In this document: one piece after another, positions 25,138 through 32,991 of the stretch
How the letters are laid out: each line of letters begins with the position of its first letter
How positions within the stretch are numbered: the first letter of the stretch is position 1
Notes under the pieces: generated by a model
What the model saw: only the letters and a program-made list of their open reading frames with translations
Told to the model about the DNA's origin: nothing
Database searches by the model: none
Translations under genes and position numbers: made by a program
Virus record (IMG/VR): IMGVR_UViG_3300033480_000011
Span: 1 to 32,991 of that record
Direction: 5' to 3' (one strand)
DNA length: 32,991 bases
From: a virus
Lineage: Duplodnaviria; Caudoviricetes

Positions 25138-27354
25138 GTGATTGGTGACTCTAGCGGTAGTGGTTCCGAGGCGCAGGACGGACCGGCAATCCTGCCGGTC
25201 GCGCTGGACTATGTAGCACGCGGCTGGACCGTAGTCCCGCTACATAGAATCGACAACAATCTATGTACATGTGGAAATATCGACCTTGAGCACACCCGGC
25301 GCCAGGGGGGGAAGCATCCAATACATGCCAATTGGCAAATGGGATCACTGCGTGACGCCGGCAGCGTTGCGGCCTACTGGGGAGCCAACCCGCGGGCGAA
25401 CGTAGGAGTGGCGACGGGTCGCGCGTCCGGGTTCTGGGCGCTGGACGTCGATCCAGACAACGGTGGAGATGTCGCGCTGCGAGGTTTGGTCGAGTCCAAC
25501 GGGCCGCTACCTCTCACCCGCAAGCATCAAACCGGCAGCGGTGGTTATCACCTGCTCTGGCGCATGCCGGCCGACTTCGAGCCGACCAACAGCCGGGGGA
25601 GGCTCCCGGCCGGGCTGGATGTGCGCGGTACCGGTGGTCAGATCGTCGCCCCGCCGAGCGTCAGCGGTAAGGGTCCGTACCTGGTTCTGGTAGACGTCGA
25701 GCCGACCGACGCGCCGGGATGGTTGCTCGACATGATCCGTCCGGTGGAATATGAACAGAGAGTAACGCCGGCGGTCACACATAGTAGCGAATCTGACGCA
25801 CGAGGACACGCGTACGCGGTCGCAGCGATGGAGCAGCGATGCGCCGAGTTGGCACGGGCGCCGGAGGGTACCCGCAACGAGACTGCATTCGCGACGGCGT
25901 GTCGGCTCTGGGAGCTGGTCAACGCCGGATGGATCCCGGCGGACGGCGCGCATGCCGCCTACGTCGAGGCGTGCGAAGCGGCGGACGTCGGTACCACGCG
26001 CTTCCCGCCGGGCGAAGCCGAGAGCGTCTGGTCAAAGGCCTGGCGTCATGTCGCGGGTGGTCGCGCCGAACTCCCGCCAGACCAGATGCACGGAGAAGCG
26101 TTCCCTTTCGGCGCGACGGAAGCATCGACTGGCATCTTCGTTGACCCCGGCGTTGCACCATCCGTGCAACAAGCAGTGCAACGCGCTTCACCAGGGGATA
26201 CACCACCCGTGCAACATCAAATGCGACAGACGCCTATCGATATGTTGCGCGTGCGACTGTCGACCGGGGCGCAGTTTGCCGCGATGGCTCCACCGCAACC
26301 GCTGATCGCAGGTTTGCTCGATCGGGACTCGATCGCCTACATGATCGGAAAAAGTGGATCTTATAAATCGTTCGTGGCGCTCGACCTCGCCGCGTCCGTG
26401 GCCTGCGATATGCCTTGGCACGGCCGGCGCGTGCATGCCGGCACGGTGCTCTATCTGTGCGCTGAGGGGCAGGCCGGCGCGCACGTGCGGGTAGCGGCCT
26501 GGCTGCGCGCCAGGAAGCGGACTGACACGGGAGGGCTCCTGGTGCTGGACGTGCCGGTACAGGCGCGGGACGAGACGATGTGGGGCGCCTTCGTGCAGCT
26601 GTGCAGAGAGCTTGGGCCGGTCCTGATCGTGATCGACACGCAAGCGCGGTGCAGTCTGGGATTCGAGGAGAACTCGAATTCAGACATGTCGCTATTTGTC
26701 GGACAAGTCGATATGTTGCGAGCCGCTACCGGCGCCTGCGTGCTGGTCATCCATCACATCGGCCGTAACGGATCGGATGCCCGCGGTGCGAGTGTCATTG
26801 ACGGAGCGCAGGACGCGGAACTTCGGGTCACCCGCGGAGCTTCCCCGCTCACCTGTCAGCTCGTCACGGACAAGCAAAAGGACAGGCCGGATGATACGGC
26901 CATTGAGCTTCGGCTCGACACGGTACGGATGGGTTGGGACCCGCTGTCGGGCGAGGATGTGACATCCCTAGTGGTGTCCGGTGAGCAACAGGCACGCTCG
27001 GAGGTCGAGCTTGCGCAGGACAAGGCGACGGGTCGCCTGACGGCGCTTGTCGGCGTCCTGCGCGACAACTTCGATGAGGGGTTCGGCGGTACGCGGACCG
27101 AGATCAGGGCAATCTTCCTAGCCGACCCGTGTGTGTCTGGTGAATCGAAGTCGAACCGGGACAAAATATGGCAACGATCATTCGGGCGCCTGGTCAAGCT
27201 CGGACGTATCGCGATGGTGAACGGCAAGGAGCGATTCAAGTTCATAGCGATTGAGAACTTATCGGATCTTTCACCCAATCCTGGCATCAAACTTGCTGAC
27301 GGCTTGGAACTCGCGACGCCTGAGGACATCCGGGGGGACAGGGGCAATGCGTAG
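25138..27354 (+). CDS. Bifunctional DNA primase/polymerase fused to a RepA-like (AAA_25) helicase
   Basis: Prim-pol motifs NVGVATG..SGFWALDVD, TGSGGYH and GLDVRGTGGQIVAPPS. Walker A GKSGSYKS, Walker B LIVIDT, IHH and RGAS. Start is 25123 or 25138. Confidence 0.92.
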   Translation: MIGDSSGSGSEAQDGPAILPVALDYVARGWTVVPLHRIDNNLCTCGNIDLEHTRRQGGKHPIHANWQMGSLRDAGSVAAYWGANPRANVGVATGRASGFWALDVDPDNGGDVALRGLVESNGPLPLTRKHQTGSGGYHLLWRMPADFEPTNSRGRLPAGLDVRGTGGQIVAPPSVSGKGPYLVLVDVEPTDAPGWLLDMIRPVEYEQRVTPAVTHSSESDARGHAYAVAAMEQRCAELARAPEGTRNETAFATACRLWELVNAGWIPADGAHAAYVEACEAADVGTTRFPPGEAESVWSKAWRHVAGGRAELPPDQMHGEAFPFGATEASTGIFVDPGVAPSVQQAVQRASPGDTPPVQHQMRQTPIDMLRVRLSTGAQFAAMAPPQPLIAGLLDRDSIAYMIGKSGSYKSFVALDLAASVACDMPWHGRRVHAGTVLYLCAEGQAGAHVRVAAWLRARKRTDTGGLLVLDVPVQARDETMWGAFVQLCRELGPVLIVIDTQARCSLGFEENSNSDMSLFVGQVDMLRAATGACVLVIHHIGRNGSDARGASVIDGAQDAELRVTRGASPLTCQLVTDKQKDRPDDTAIELRLDTVRMGWDPLSGEDVTSLVVSGEQQARSEVELAQDKATGRLTALVGVLRDNFDEGFGGTRTEIRAIFLADPCVSGESKSNRDKIWQRSFGRLVKLGRIAMVNGKERFKFIAIENLSDLSPNPGIKLADGLELATPEDIRGDRGNA

Positions 27355-27610
27355 TGGACACATCACAATATGTAGTGGACACACGTCCACTATGTCCATT
27401 TTATATGCAAAGGACAACGCGAAAGTTGTCCACGGCAGGAAAGCGCTTTCCTGTGTCGGCAATTCTGTCCGCAAGCTGTCTGCAGATCTTGTAAATGCAC
27501 TGGTTGGAGGTGTGGACAGCCAAATGAAATGTGTCCTCGACCTGTCCTTGACTGTCCGAGGACAGACACCCCCCTCCTTTAGGGGGGTGTCCTCTGTCCA
27601 GTTGTCCGCA
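27336..27610. other. Candidate replication origin (GGACA/TGTCC iteron-rich, lower GC)
   Basis: About 15 GGACA/TGTCC pentamers, direct repeat GTAGTGGACACA and a hairpin at 27565-27591, directly after the primase-helicase gene. Confidence 0.55.
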
Positions 27611-27650
27611 GTTGCTGTCTTTGATCTTGTTATGACGAGGGATGGGCAAA

Positions 27651-28169
27651 ATGGTAAAATCTAGAACATCTAACGTAATATTGGACATACTATCCGAAGA
27701 GTGGCGCGAGTTGGCTGAATGTCCAAAATACGATCCAGAGTGGTGGTTTCCGCTCTCATCACATGATCCGTGCATACAGATAGCGATCGCTATCTGTGCG
27801 ACATGTCCTGTTTCGAGCGACTGCGAGACTGCCAGCCGGTCGGAACGCTGGGGTATCTGGGCGGGAAGGCTCAAGGAGAAGCCGCGTAAAGAGCCCTCTG
27901 TCGGTACGCGCGTTGTGGTGGCATCACGACGTCGTGAGAGCGTCGCGATGCGCGAGGCTAGGCGTGCGGCTGCGGCGGAGGTCGTCGTTGAGCTGTACAC
28001 CGTCGGTTGCTCGATCAGGCAGTGTGCCGAAGCTGCGGGGGTCGGGGAGACCATGGCGCGTACGATCTTGACAACTGCCGGCATACCGATCCGGCATTCT
28101 CGACCCCTTGCTGGTAGACGACTAGTTGACGGGTCAACTAGTCGTCAAGTAGGATCGTCGCATGCTTGA
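27651..28169 (+). CDS. whiB: WhiB-family transcription factor with a C-terminal HTH
   Basis: AECPKYDPEWWFP, AICATCPVSSDC and WGIWAG, then SIRQCAEAAGVGETMARTIL. Confidence 0.88.
   Translation: MVKSRTSNVILDILSEEWRELAECPKYDPEWWFPLSSHDPCIQIAIAICATCPVSSDCETASRSERWGIWAGRLKEKPRKEPSVGTRVVVASRRRESVAMREARRAAAAEVVVELYTVGCSIRQCAEAAGVGETMARTILTTAGIPIRHSRPLAGRRLVDGSTSRQVGSSHA
28126..28155 (+). promoter_or_regulatory. Promoter with embedded operator for the helicase gene (likely leaderless mRNA)
   Basis: TTGACG-18 bp-TAGGAT with ATG 6 nt later; palindrome GACGACTAGTTGA-CGGG-TCAACTAGTCGTC. Confidence 0.7.
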
Positions 28170-29808
28170 ATTGCGGCCTTATCAGAGAGATGCCGTCGAT
28201 GCGATTGTGCGCGCCAGGCGTGCCGGTTGCACCAGGCCGGCCGTAGTGCTTCCGACCGGTGCCGGCAAAACGGTGGTCTTCGCGCACGACATCGTCGAGT
28301 GGCACTCTAGGCACCCGAACATGCGCGCGCTGGTACTGGCACATCGGACTGAGCTGATCGAGCAGGCCGCGGGGAAGCTGCACGCGGTAGCGCCGGAGAT
28401 GCGTGTCGGGATCGTCAAGGCTGAGCGCAACCAGACGCTCGCCGACGTGGTGGTCGGCTCGGTCGCGACGCTGCGTTCCGAGCGTCGCCTGCGCCAGCTG
28501 CACAACGTCGGCATGGTCGTAGTTGACGAATGCCACCACGCGACGGCTGATTCGTACTTGACGATCTTGGATCGGCTCGGGTGTATGCGCGAGGATCGCC
28601 CGGTGCCGGCCGTTGGGTACACGGCGACCATGTCTCGCGGTGACGGGACGGCACTTGGCGCTGTCTGGCAGGACGTCGTGTACTCGCGCACCATCGCCGA
28701 GATGATCAGGGATGGTTTTCTGGTCAGGCCGCGCGGGATTCGGGTCAAGGTGGAAGATCTCGACTGGTCGGGGGTCCGGAAGTCGCGTGGCGACTACTCG
28801 GAGCATGACCTCGGCGCGGCTCTCGAATCGAGCATGGCGCCGGAAGCGATCGCAAAGGCGTACCTGGAGCATGCGAGCGATCGGCCAGGCATCCTGTTTG
28901 CCCCGACGGTTTCGAGTGCTGCCCTGATCGCGTCGGCGATGGCCGACGCCGGCATCTCGACCGGCCTGATCCATGGCGAGACACCAGAGGCTGAGCGGCG
29001 CCGGACCATCGACAACTTCGTCGGGGGTCGAATTCAGGTATTGGCTAACTGCATGGTTCTCACTGAGGGCACTGACCTCCCGCTCGCGTCCTGCGCCGTC
29101 ATCGCTCGGCCGACGTGCCACCAGGGTTTGTATGTCCAGATGGTCGGCCGGGTGCTGCGACTCTGGCCTGGCAAGCCGGATGCGCTAGTGCTGGACGTGA
29201 CCGGTGCTTCGCAGCGGCACGCGCTTTCGACGACGCTTGAGCTGTTCGGCGAGGATCCGGAACAGCGCGAGTCCGATGACGAAGCGCTGGACGAGACTAA
29301 CGATCTTGAAGAGAACGTCAGCCTGAGCGATGCCGTCGACGAAACCGTGTACGCCGACGGTCCGATCACCTCATTCGAAGTCGATCTTTTCCACGGTAGT
29401 CAGAGCGCGTGGCTGCGTACCTACGGCGGCACTTGGTTTCTGCCGGCAGGCGATCGCTATATCGCGATCCTGCCCGCGCCGCGTATCGGCGCGTGGGATG
29501 TCGTTGCGATGCATCGGTACCGGGTTGGCAACTCGCGCTGGGTCGTGCGTGACATCGATGATCTGTCCTACGCCATGGCGCACGCTGAGAGCGACGTGAT
29601 GCCATCCGAGGCTGTTTTGGCACGCAAGGAGCGCTCCTGGCGCGTCAAGCGCCCCAGCGACGCGCAGAGGGGGTTGCTCGCACGCTTGGGCATCGGCGCT
29701 GCCGATGGGGCGCACGCCGGAGAGGTCAGCAACCTGATCTCGCAGTATCTAGCGAGCCAGCGTATCGACGCGCGCGTCGCAATGATCTTGGCTGGGTATG
29801 GTCGTTGA
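28162..29808 (+). CDS. SF2 DEAD/DEAH-box helicase
   Basis: LRPYQ, PTGAGKT, DECHH, TAT, LTEGTDLP and QMVGRVLR. Confidence 0.95.
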   Translation: MLELRPYQRDAVDAIVRARRAGCTRPAVVLPTGAGKTVVFAHDIVEWHSRHPNMRALVLAHRTELIEQAAGKLHAVAPEMRVGIVKAERNQTLADVVVGSVATLRSERRLRQLHNVGMVVVDECHHATADSYLTILDRLGCMREDRPVPAVGYTATMSRGDGTALGAVWQDVVYSRTIAEMIRDGFLVRPRGIRVKVEDLDWSGVRKSRGDYSEHDLGAALESSMAPEAIAKAYLEHASDRPGILFAPTVSSAALIASAMADAGISTGLIHGETPEAERRRTIDNFVGGRIQVLANCMVLTEGTDLPLASCAVIARPTCHQGLYVQMVGRVLRLWPGKPDALVLDVTGASQRHALSTTLELFGEDPEQRESDDEALDETNDLEENVSLSDAVDETVYADGPITSFEVDLFHGSQSAWLRTYGGTWFLPAGDRYIAILPAPRIGAWDVVAMHRYRVGNSRWVVRDIDDLSYAMAHAESDVMPSEAVLARKERSWRVKRPSDAQRGLLARLGIGAADGAHAGEVSNLISQYLASQRIDARVAMILAGYGR

Positions 29809-29834
29809 CAAGTAGTTGATTCGTCAAGTAGTGT
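29805..29834 (+). promoter_or_regulatory. Promoter with embedded operator
   Basis: TTGACA-AGTAGTTGATTCGTCAAG-TAGTGT. Confidence 0.7.
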
Positions 29835-29864
29835 CGGGTCTTCGAGTGAATATGGAGGTCAGAG

Positions 29865-30059
29865 ATGGGATGGATCGCTGATCGCTTCGGCCACAAGGCC
29901 GAAGACAAGGACGGGTACGCGCTTGGCGGCAAGAGCGGTCGCGGTAAGCCGAGCGACAAGGGGTGGAACCCGTCGCGCCAGCATCACGAGCCGATGCGTG
30001 ACGGTAAGCCGTTGGTCGAGGGGCGCGACTACGACGGCTACGAGCTTGGGTCGCGATAG
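29865..30059 (+). CDS. Hypothetical protein
   Basis: RBS GGAGG; 64 aa, hydrophilic. Confidence 0.6.
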   Translation: MGWIADRFGHKAEDKDGYALGGKSGRGKPSDKGWNPSRQHHEPMRDGKPLVEGRDYDGYELGSR

Positions 30060-30571
30060 TGACAACGCCGATGTCGGGTACCCAGATCGCGGTTGTAACC
30101 GAGGTCTGGGTACCCGGCGCGCCGAAGACCAAGGGTTCGCTCGACCACATCGGGGGTGGGCGAGTCCGTGAGAACGTGGCCGGATCGACGACGTGGCGCA
30201 AGTTGGTTGCTGAGCGTGTCTCGGCTGAGCGTGCGCGTCGTGGTTTGGTCACGCCGACGCTCGCGCCGGTCGGCGTGCGTGTGCTGTTCGTACTGCCGGT
30301 ACCGGTCGGGCTGGTCGATCTCGTGCCGGGTGGGCTTGCTGACCGCGCTCCGATTGAGGCGCGGGTGGGGGACACGGACAAGCTGTATCGCAACGTTCTG
30401 GACGCGCTTACCGACGCCGGTGCGTATCGCGACGACAATCAGGTGTGCAAGTTGTTGGGCGGAAAGGTGTACGCGACCGACGCCGAGCCGCAGGGTGCGT
30501 TCATTCAGTGTTGGGAATTGTTGCCATGGGAGATTCGACAGTTGCGCCGAATCAGAAGGCTGATAGCGTGA
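30059..30571 (+). CDS. rusA: RusA-like Holliday junction resolvase
   Basis: VPGAPKTKGS and GDTDKLYRNVLDALTDAGAYRDDNQV catalytic signature. Confidence 0.9.
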   Translation: MTTPMSGTQIAVVTEVWVPGAPKTKGSLDHIGGGRVRENVAGSTTWRKLVAERVSAERARRGLVTPTLAPVGVRVLFVLPVPVGLVDLVPGGLADRAPIEARVGDTDKLYRNVLDALTDAGAYRDDNQVCKLLGGKVYATDAEPQGAFIQCWELLPWEIRQLRRIRRLIA

Positions 30572-30575
30572 TCGC

Positions 30576-30776
30576 ATGAAAGAGCCAACCGACGAAGAGG
30601 TGTTCGCATATTTCTTCGATCTGGAAGATGAATATCTATTCCATTCGAGTAATCCGCGCAGCCGAGCAATAGCAATCATGCGCAAGACCCTTGCTTATCA
30701 ACTTTGGGTTTTAGGTAGGGAAGTCGGTTCGGTGGCGAATGCCATATTCGGCCAGATCAGAAAGCTGACGGCGTGA
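30576..30776 (+). CDS. Hypothetical protein (lower GC)
   Basis: Packed ORF, 66 aa. Confidence 0.55.
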   Translation: MKEPTDEEVFAYFFDLEDEYLFHSSNPRSRAIAIMRKTLAYQLWVLGREVGSVANAIFGQIRKLTA

Positions 30777-30964
30777 TGCTGCGCAGAATGTTCGACTTTC
30801 GCGTATGGCGCAAACCAGTGAACTGTATTTGTCCGCTTCCGATCGATGGTTTGATACGGGCCGATCGCATCGTGATCGACGCGCGGTGTTCGGTACATGG
30901 TGACGCGCCGGACGTCTCGGTATCGGCACATCTTCCACCGATGGTATTGGCTGACGATGATTGA
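30773..30964 (+). CDS. Small Cys/His protein
   Basis: CICP...CSVHG; GTGA overlap. Confidence 0.5.
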   Translation: MMLRRMFDFRVWRKPVNCICPLPIDGLIRADRIVIDARCSVHGDAPDVSVSAHLPPMVLADDD

Positions 30965-31442
30965 CGATGGAATTCGGCGGGTTGCGATGCCGCGTGACGC
31001 TGACGCGTCGCGTCGATACCGCGATGGCATGCTCGCCGTTAAGTCGGCTGTCGCACCGACGCCGGTAGTACTGGTTGCCGCCACCTCCCCGAGCGGCAAC
31101 CAGCTACCGCGTGGAGCGTCGACGTTGATCCGCGCGGCGCAGGACGCCGGCTGGCGCGTCAGGGCAACGTACGCGCTCGCTGAGGTACCCGCCTGGCGGC
31201 GGCATCTGGCCACCGTGGCGCGCGACGGTGCGCATTGGCGCGACATTCCGGCCGAGATAGTCGAGAGCTTGTGCGTGCGTCTGGTTGGGCCGAACGATGT
31301 GCGCGGTTTTGCGTCGTGGCGCAATCGTCGGTGGGACTGCGCGTGGCTGGTTGGTCCGGCCGGCTTCGAGCGGCACGGCGCACGCTCGATCGTCGATCGT
31401 GTCCGATCGGCTATCGTTGACTCGTCATTGACTAACGCATAG
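30957..31442 (+). CDS. Hypothetical protein
   Basis: Overlapping start; AQDAGWRVRATYA. Confidence 0.6.
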   Translation: MIDDGIRRVAMPRDADASRRYRDGMLAVKSAVAPTPVVLVAATSPSGNQLPRGASTLIRAAQDAGWRVRATYALAEVPAWRRHLATVARDGAHWRDIPAEIVESLCVRLVGPNDVRGFASWRNRRWDCAWLVGPAGFERHGARSIVDRVRSAIVDSSLTNA

Positions 31443-31467
31443 TGGGCATGGATCGGGGGTAGCGTCC

Positions 31468-31971
31468 GTGGCGCGACGTCTGACCGATGAGCAACGCGAG
31501 GCAGTGGTCGCTGATCTGCGCGCGACTGCCGGCACGATCGAAGGTGCGTATCGACGGGTGGCCGCGCGATGCGGGCTGTCGATAGCGTCTGTGGCGAAAA
31601 TTGCGCAAGAATGCGGATTTACGCCTGCGGACGCTGTTCGTGAACGTACGCGAACAGCCACGCGCGCAAAAATGATCGACAACGCCAGCCGGCGTACCGA
31701 GCTGGCTGCGCTGTTGCTTGATCGAGCACAAGAGGCACTGCTCGACATGCACGAGCCTGCGCTTGTGTACAACTTCGGTGGTAGGGACAACACGTACGCC
31801 GAGAAGCTGCTTTCGCGGCCCGACTTCGGCGGTCGACTCAATCTTATGAAGACTGCCGCACAAGCGATCGCATCGCATAAGGTGCTCGATCAGTACGACA
31901 GCGACGCGGCGCAGGCGGCCGCTGTCGATGCCTGGCTTAAGGCGATGATCGGCGATGCCGCCAGCGATTGA
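31468..31971 (+). CDS. terS: Terminase small subunit (HTH)
   Basis: N-terminal HTH AYRRVAARCGLSIASVAKIA; overlaps the TerL start. Confidence 0.8.
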   Translation: MARRLTDEQREAVVADLRATAGTIEGAYRRVAARCGLSIASVAKIAQECGFTPADAVRERTRTATRAKMIDNASRRTELAALLLDRAQEALLDMHEPALVYNFGGRDNTYAEKLLSRPDFGGRLNLMKTAAQAIASHKVLDQYDSDAAQAAAVDAWLKAMIGDAASD

Positions 31972-32991
31972 GCCGCTCCGCGGCAAGGGGCGGCTTTCCG
32001 TCCAGCACGCGACGGCGGCCGGCAACCTCTGGGAAGGTGCTGTTAGATCTGCCAAGACGGTCAGCTCGACGCTCAAGTGGATTCAGTTCGTACGCCAGGC
32101 GCCGGACGGCGAACTACTTATGATCGGCAAGACGGAGCGCACCCTGAAGCGTAACGTCATCGATCCGATGATCTCTTATCTCGGCCCGCGTCGCTGTCGG
32201 TACATAGCTGGCGCGGGTGAGGTCAGACTGCTCGGACGACGCATCTACGTTGCGGGTGCTAACAACGAGATAGCGGCGGACAAGATTCAGGGGATGACGC
32301 TCGCTGGTTGGTACGGAGATGAGCTGTCGACGTGGCCGGCCACCGTGTTCAAAATGGCACGTACGCGATTGAGCGTGCCCGGCGCGCAATGGTTCGGGAC
32401 GAGCAATCCGGCGAGTCCGGCACACTGGCTCAAGGCCGAGTGGATCGACCGGGCGAAGTTGCACATCACCCGCGAGGGTACAGTAGAAACGTTCGCGGAC
32501 GGTATCGATCTGCACGTATTTAGCTTTACGCTTGACGACAATCCATGGCTCAGTCCGACGTTCGTGGCCAATCTCAAGCGTGAATATGTCGGGCTGTTTT
32601 TTCGGCGCTATATTCTCGGCGAATGGGTACAGGCTGAGGGTGCGATCTACGACATGTTCGATCCAGCGCGTCACGTCGTCGAGCCGACCCGGGTACCGCC
32701 TATCCGGCGCTGGATCTCGGCCGGCGTCGACGTCGGTACCCGCAACCCGACCTACGCCGTGCTGCTCGGTCTCGGACACGACATCGGTGGCCAGGATGGC
32801 GCCGCGCTGTACGCGGTGGACGAATGGCGCCACGACGGGCGGGCCGAGCGTCACTCGCTTGCGCCGAGCGAGCAGAGTGTGCGTTTGCGCGCCTGGTTGC
32901 GTGACGTGCAGGCTGCGCCAGGCGTCCGCGGCGTGTCGCCGGAGTACGTCTGCGTTGACCCGAGTGCGGCCGGCCTGCGCGTGCAGATGTA
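31955..32991 (+). CDS. terL: Terminase large subunit, PBSX type (continues to 405 across the junction; 436 aa in total)
   Basis: Not in the ORF track because it runs off the end. Reads MPPAIEPL...NLWEGAVRSAKT (Walker A), IQGMTLAGWYGDE (Walker B), GTSNP, FTLDDNP and GVDVGTRNP. Confidence 0.95.
   Translation, partial: MPPAIEPLRGKGRLSVQHATAAGNLWEGAVRSAKTVSSTLKWIQFVRQAPDGELLMIGKTERTLKRNVIDPMISYLGPRRCRYIAGAGEVRLLGRRIYVAGANNEIAADKIQGMTLAGWYGDELSTWPATVFKMARTRLSVPGAQWFGTSNPASPAHWLKAEWIDRAKLHITREGTVETFADGIDLHVFSFTLDDNPWLSPTFVANLKREYVGLFFRRYILGEWVQAEGAIYDMFDPARHVVEPTRVPPIRRWISAGVDVGTRNPTYAVLLGLGHDIGGQDGAALYAVDEWRHDGRAERHSLAPSEQSVRLRAWLRDVQAAPGVRGVSPEYVCVDPSAAGLRVQM
32861..32991. repeat. Terminal overlap (copy of 1-131)
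   Basis: 130 of 131 bases identical to the window start. Confidence 0.97.

Noticed and set aside
27251-27664. ORF 27251..27664 / 27347 start as a real gene
   Set aside because: It has atypical codon use and spans the iteron-like repeat region. It cannot be fully excluded but is unsupported.
32421-32460. Partial gapped match of unit 7 (CT AG GA GA TG GT GA CG) to this phage's terL codons (CTC AAG GCC GAG TGG ATC GAC CGG)
   Set aside because: Only 5 of 8 dinucleotides match and the rest of the unit does not. It was found by eye and is compatible with chance.
32861-32991. Biological direct terminal repeat
   Set aside because: It falls in the middle of terL and has the size of an assembly overlap. 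The single mismatch near the contig end may be a sequencing error or a variant.

Overview
This window is an essentially complete, circularly permuted genome of a GC-rich tailed phage (siphovirus) of an actinomycete. Positions 1-131 repeat 32861-32991 with one mismatch, so the unit genome is about 32,860 bp and the large terminase gene spans the junction. The + strand carries TerS/TerL, portal, minor capsid, scaffold, major capsid, head-tail genes, tail tube, frameshifted tail chaperones, tape measure, minor tail and fibre genes, an amidase endolysin and membrane genes. A short - strand block encodes an SSB-like protein, a tRNA-like RNA and a Cas4/RecB-like nuclease. A + strand replication block encodes primase-polymerase/helicase, WhiB, an SF2 helicase and RusA. 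I recognise no integrase. The most striking element is a cassette inserted between the portal and minor capsid genes (1953-3608). It consists of a sigma70-type promoter, then about 60 GGY-NN pentamers split into 7 units by a constant GGCGTTCAN linker, then a stand-alone Cas7/RAMP-like gene, a coupled unknown gene, a degenerate extra unit and a 36-bp palindrome. This looks like a phage-encoded RNA-guided system without CRISPR repeats, in which the variable dinucleotides carry the guide information. Other notable points are two perfect CebR/CelR boxes bracketing a small regulatory insert, a recurring promoter with an embedded operator, a DUF2829 (Tad2-like) gene, glycosyltransferase and Stealth-like genes together with Ser-rich C-termini on capsid and tail tube, and a tRNA-like RNA with an aberrant anticodon arm. 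All protein calls come from reading motifs and gene order; no database search was run.
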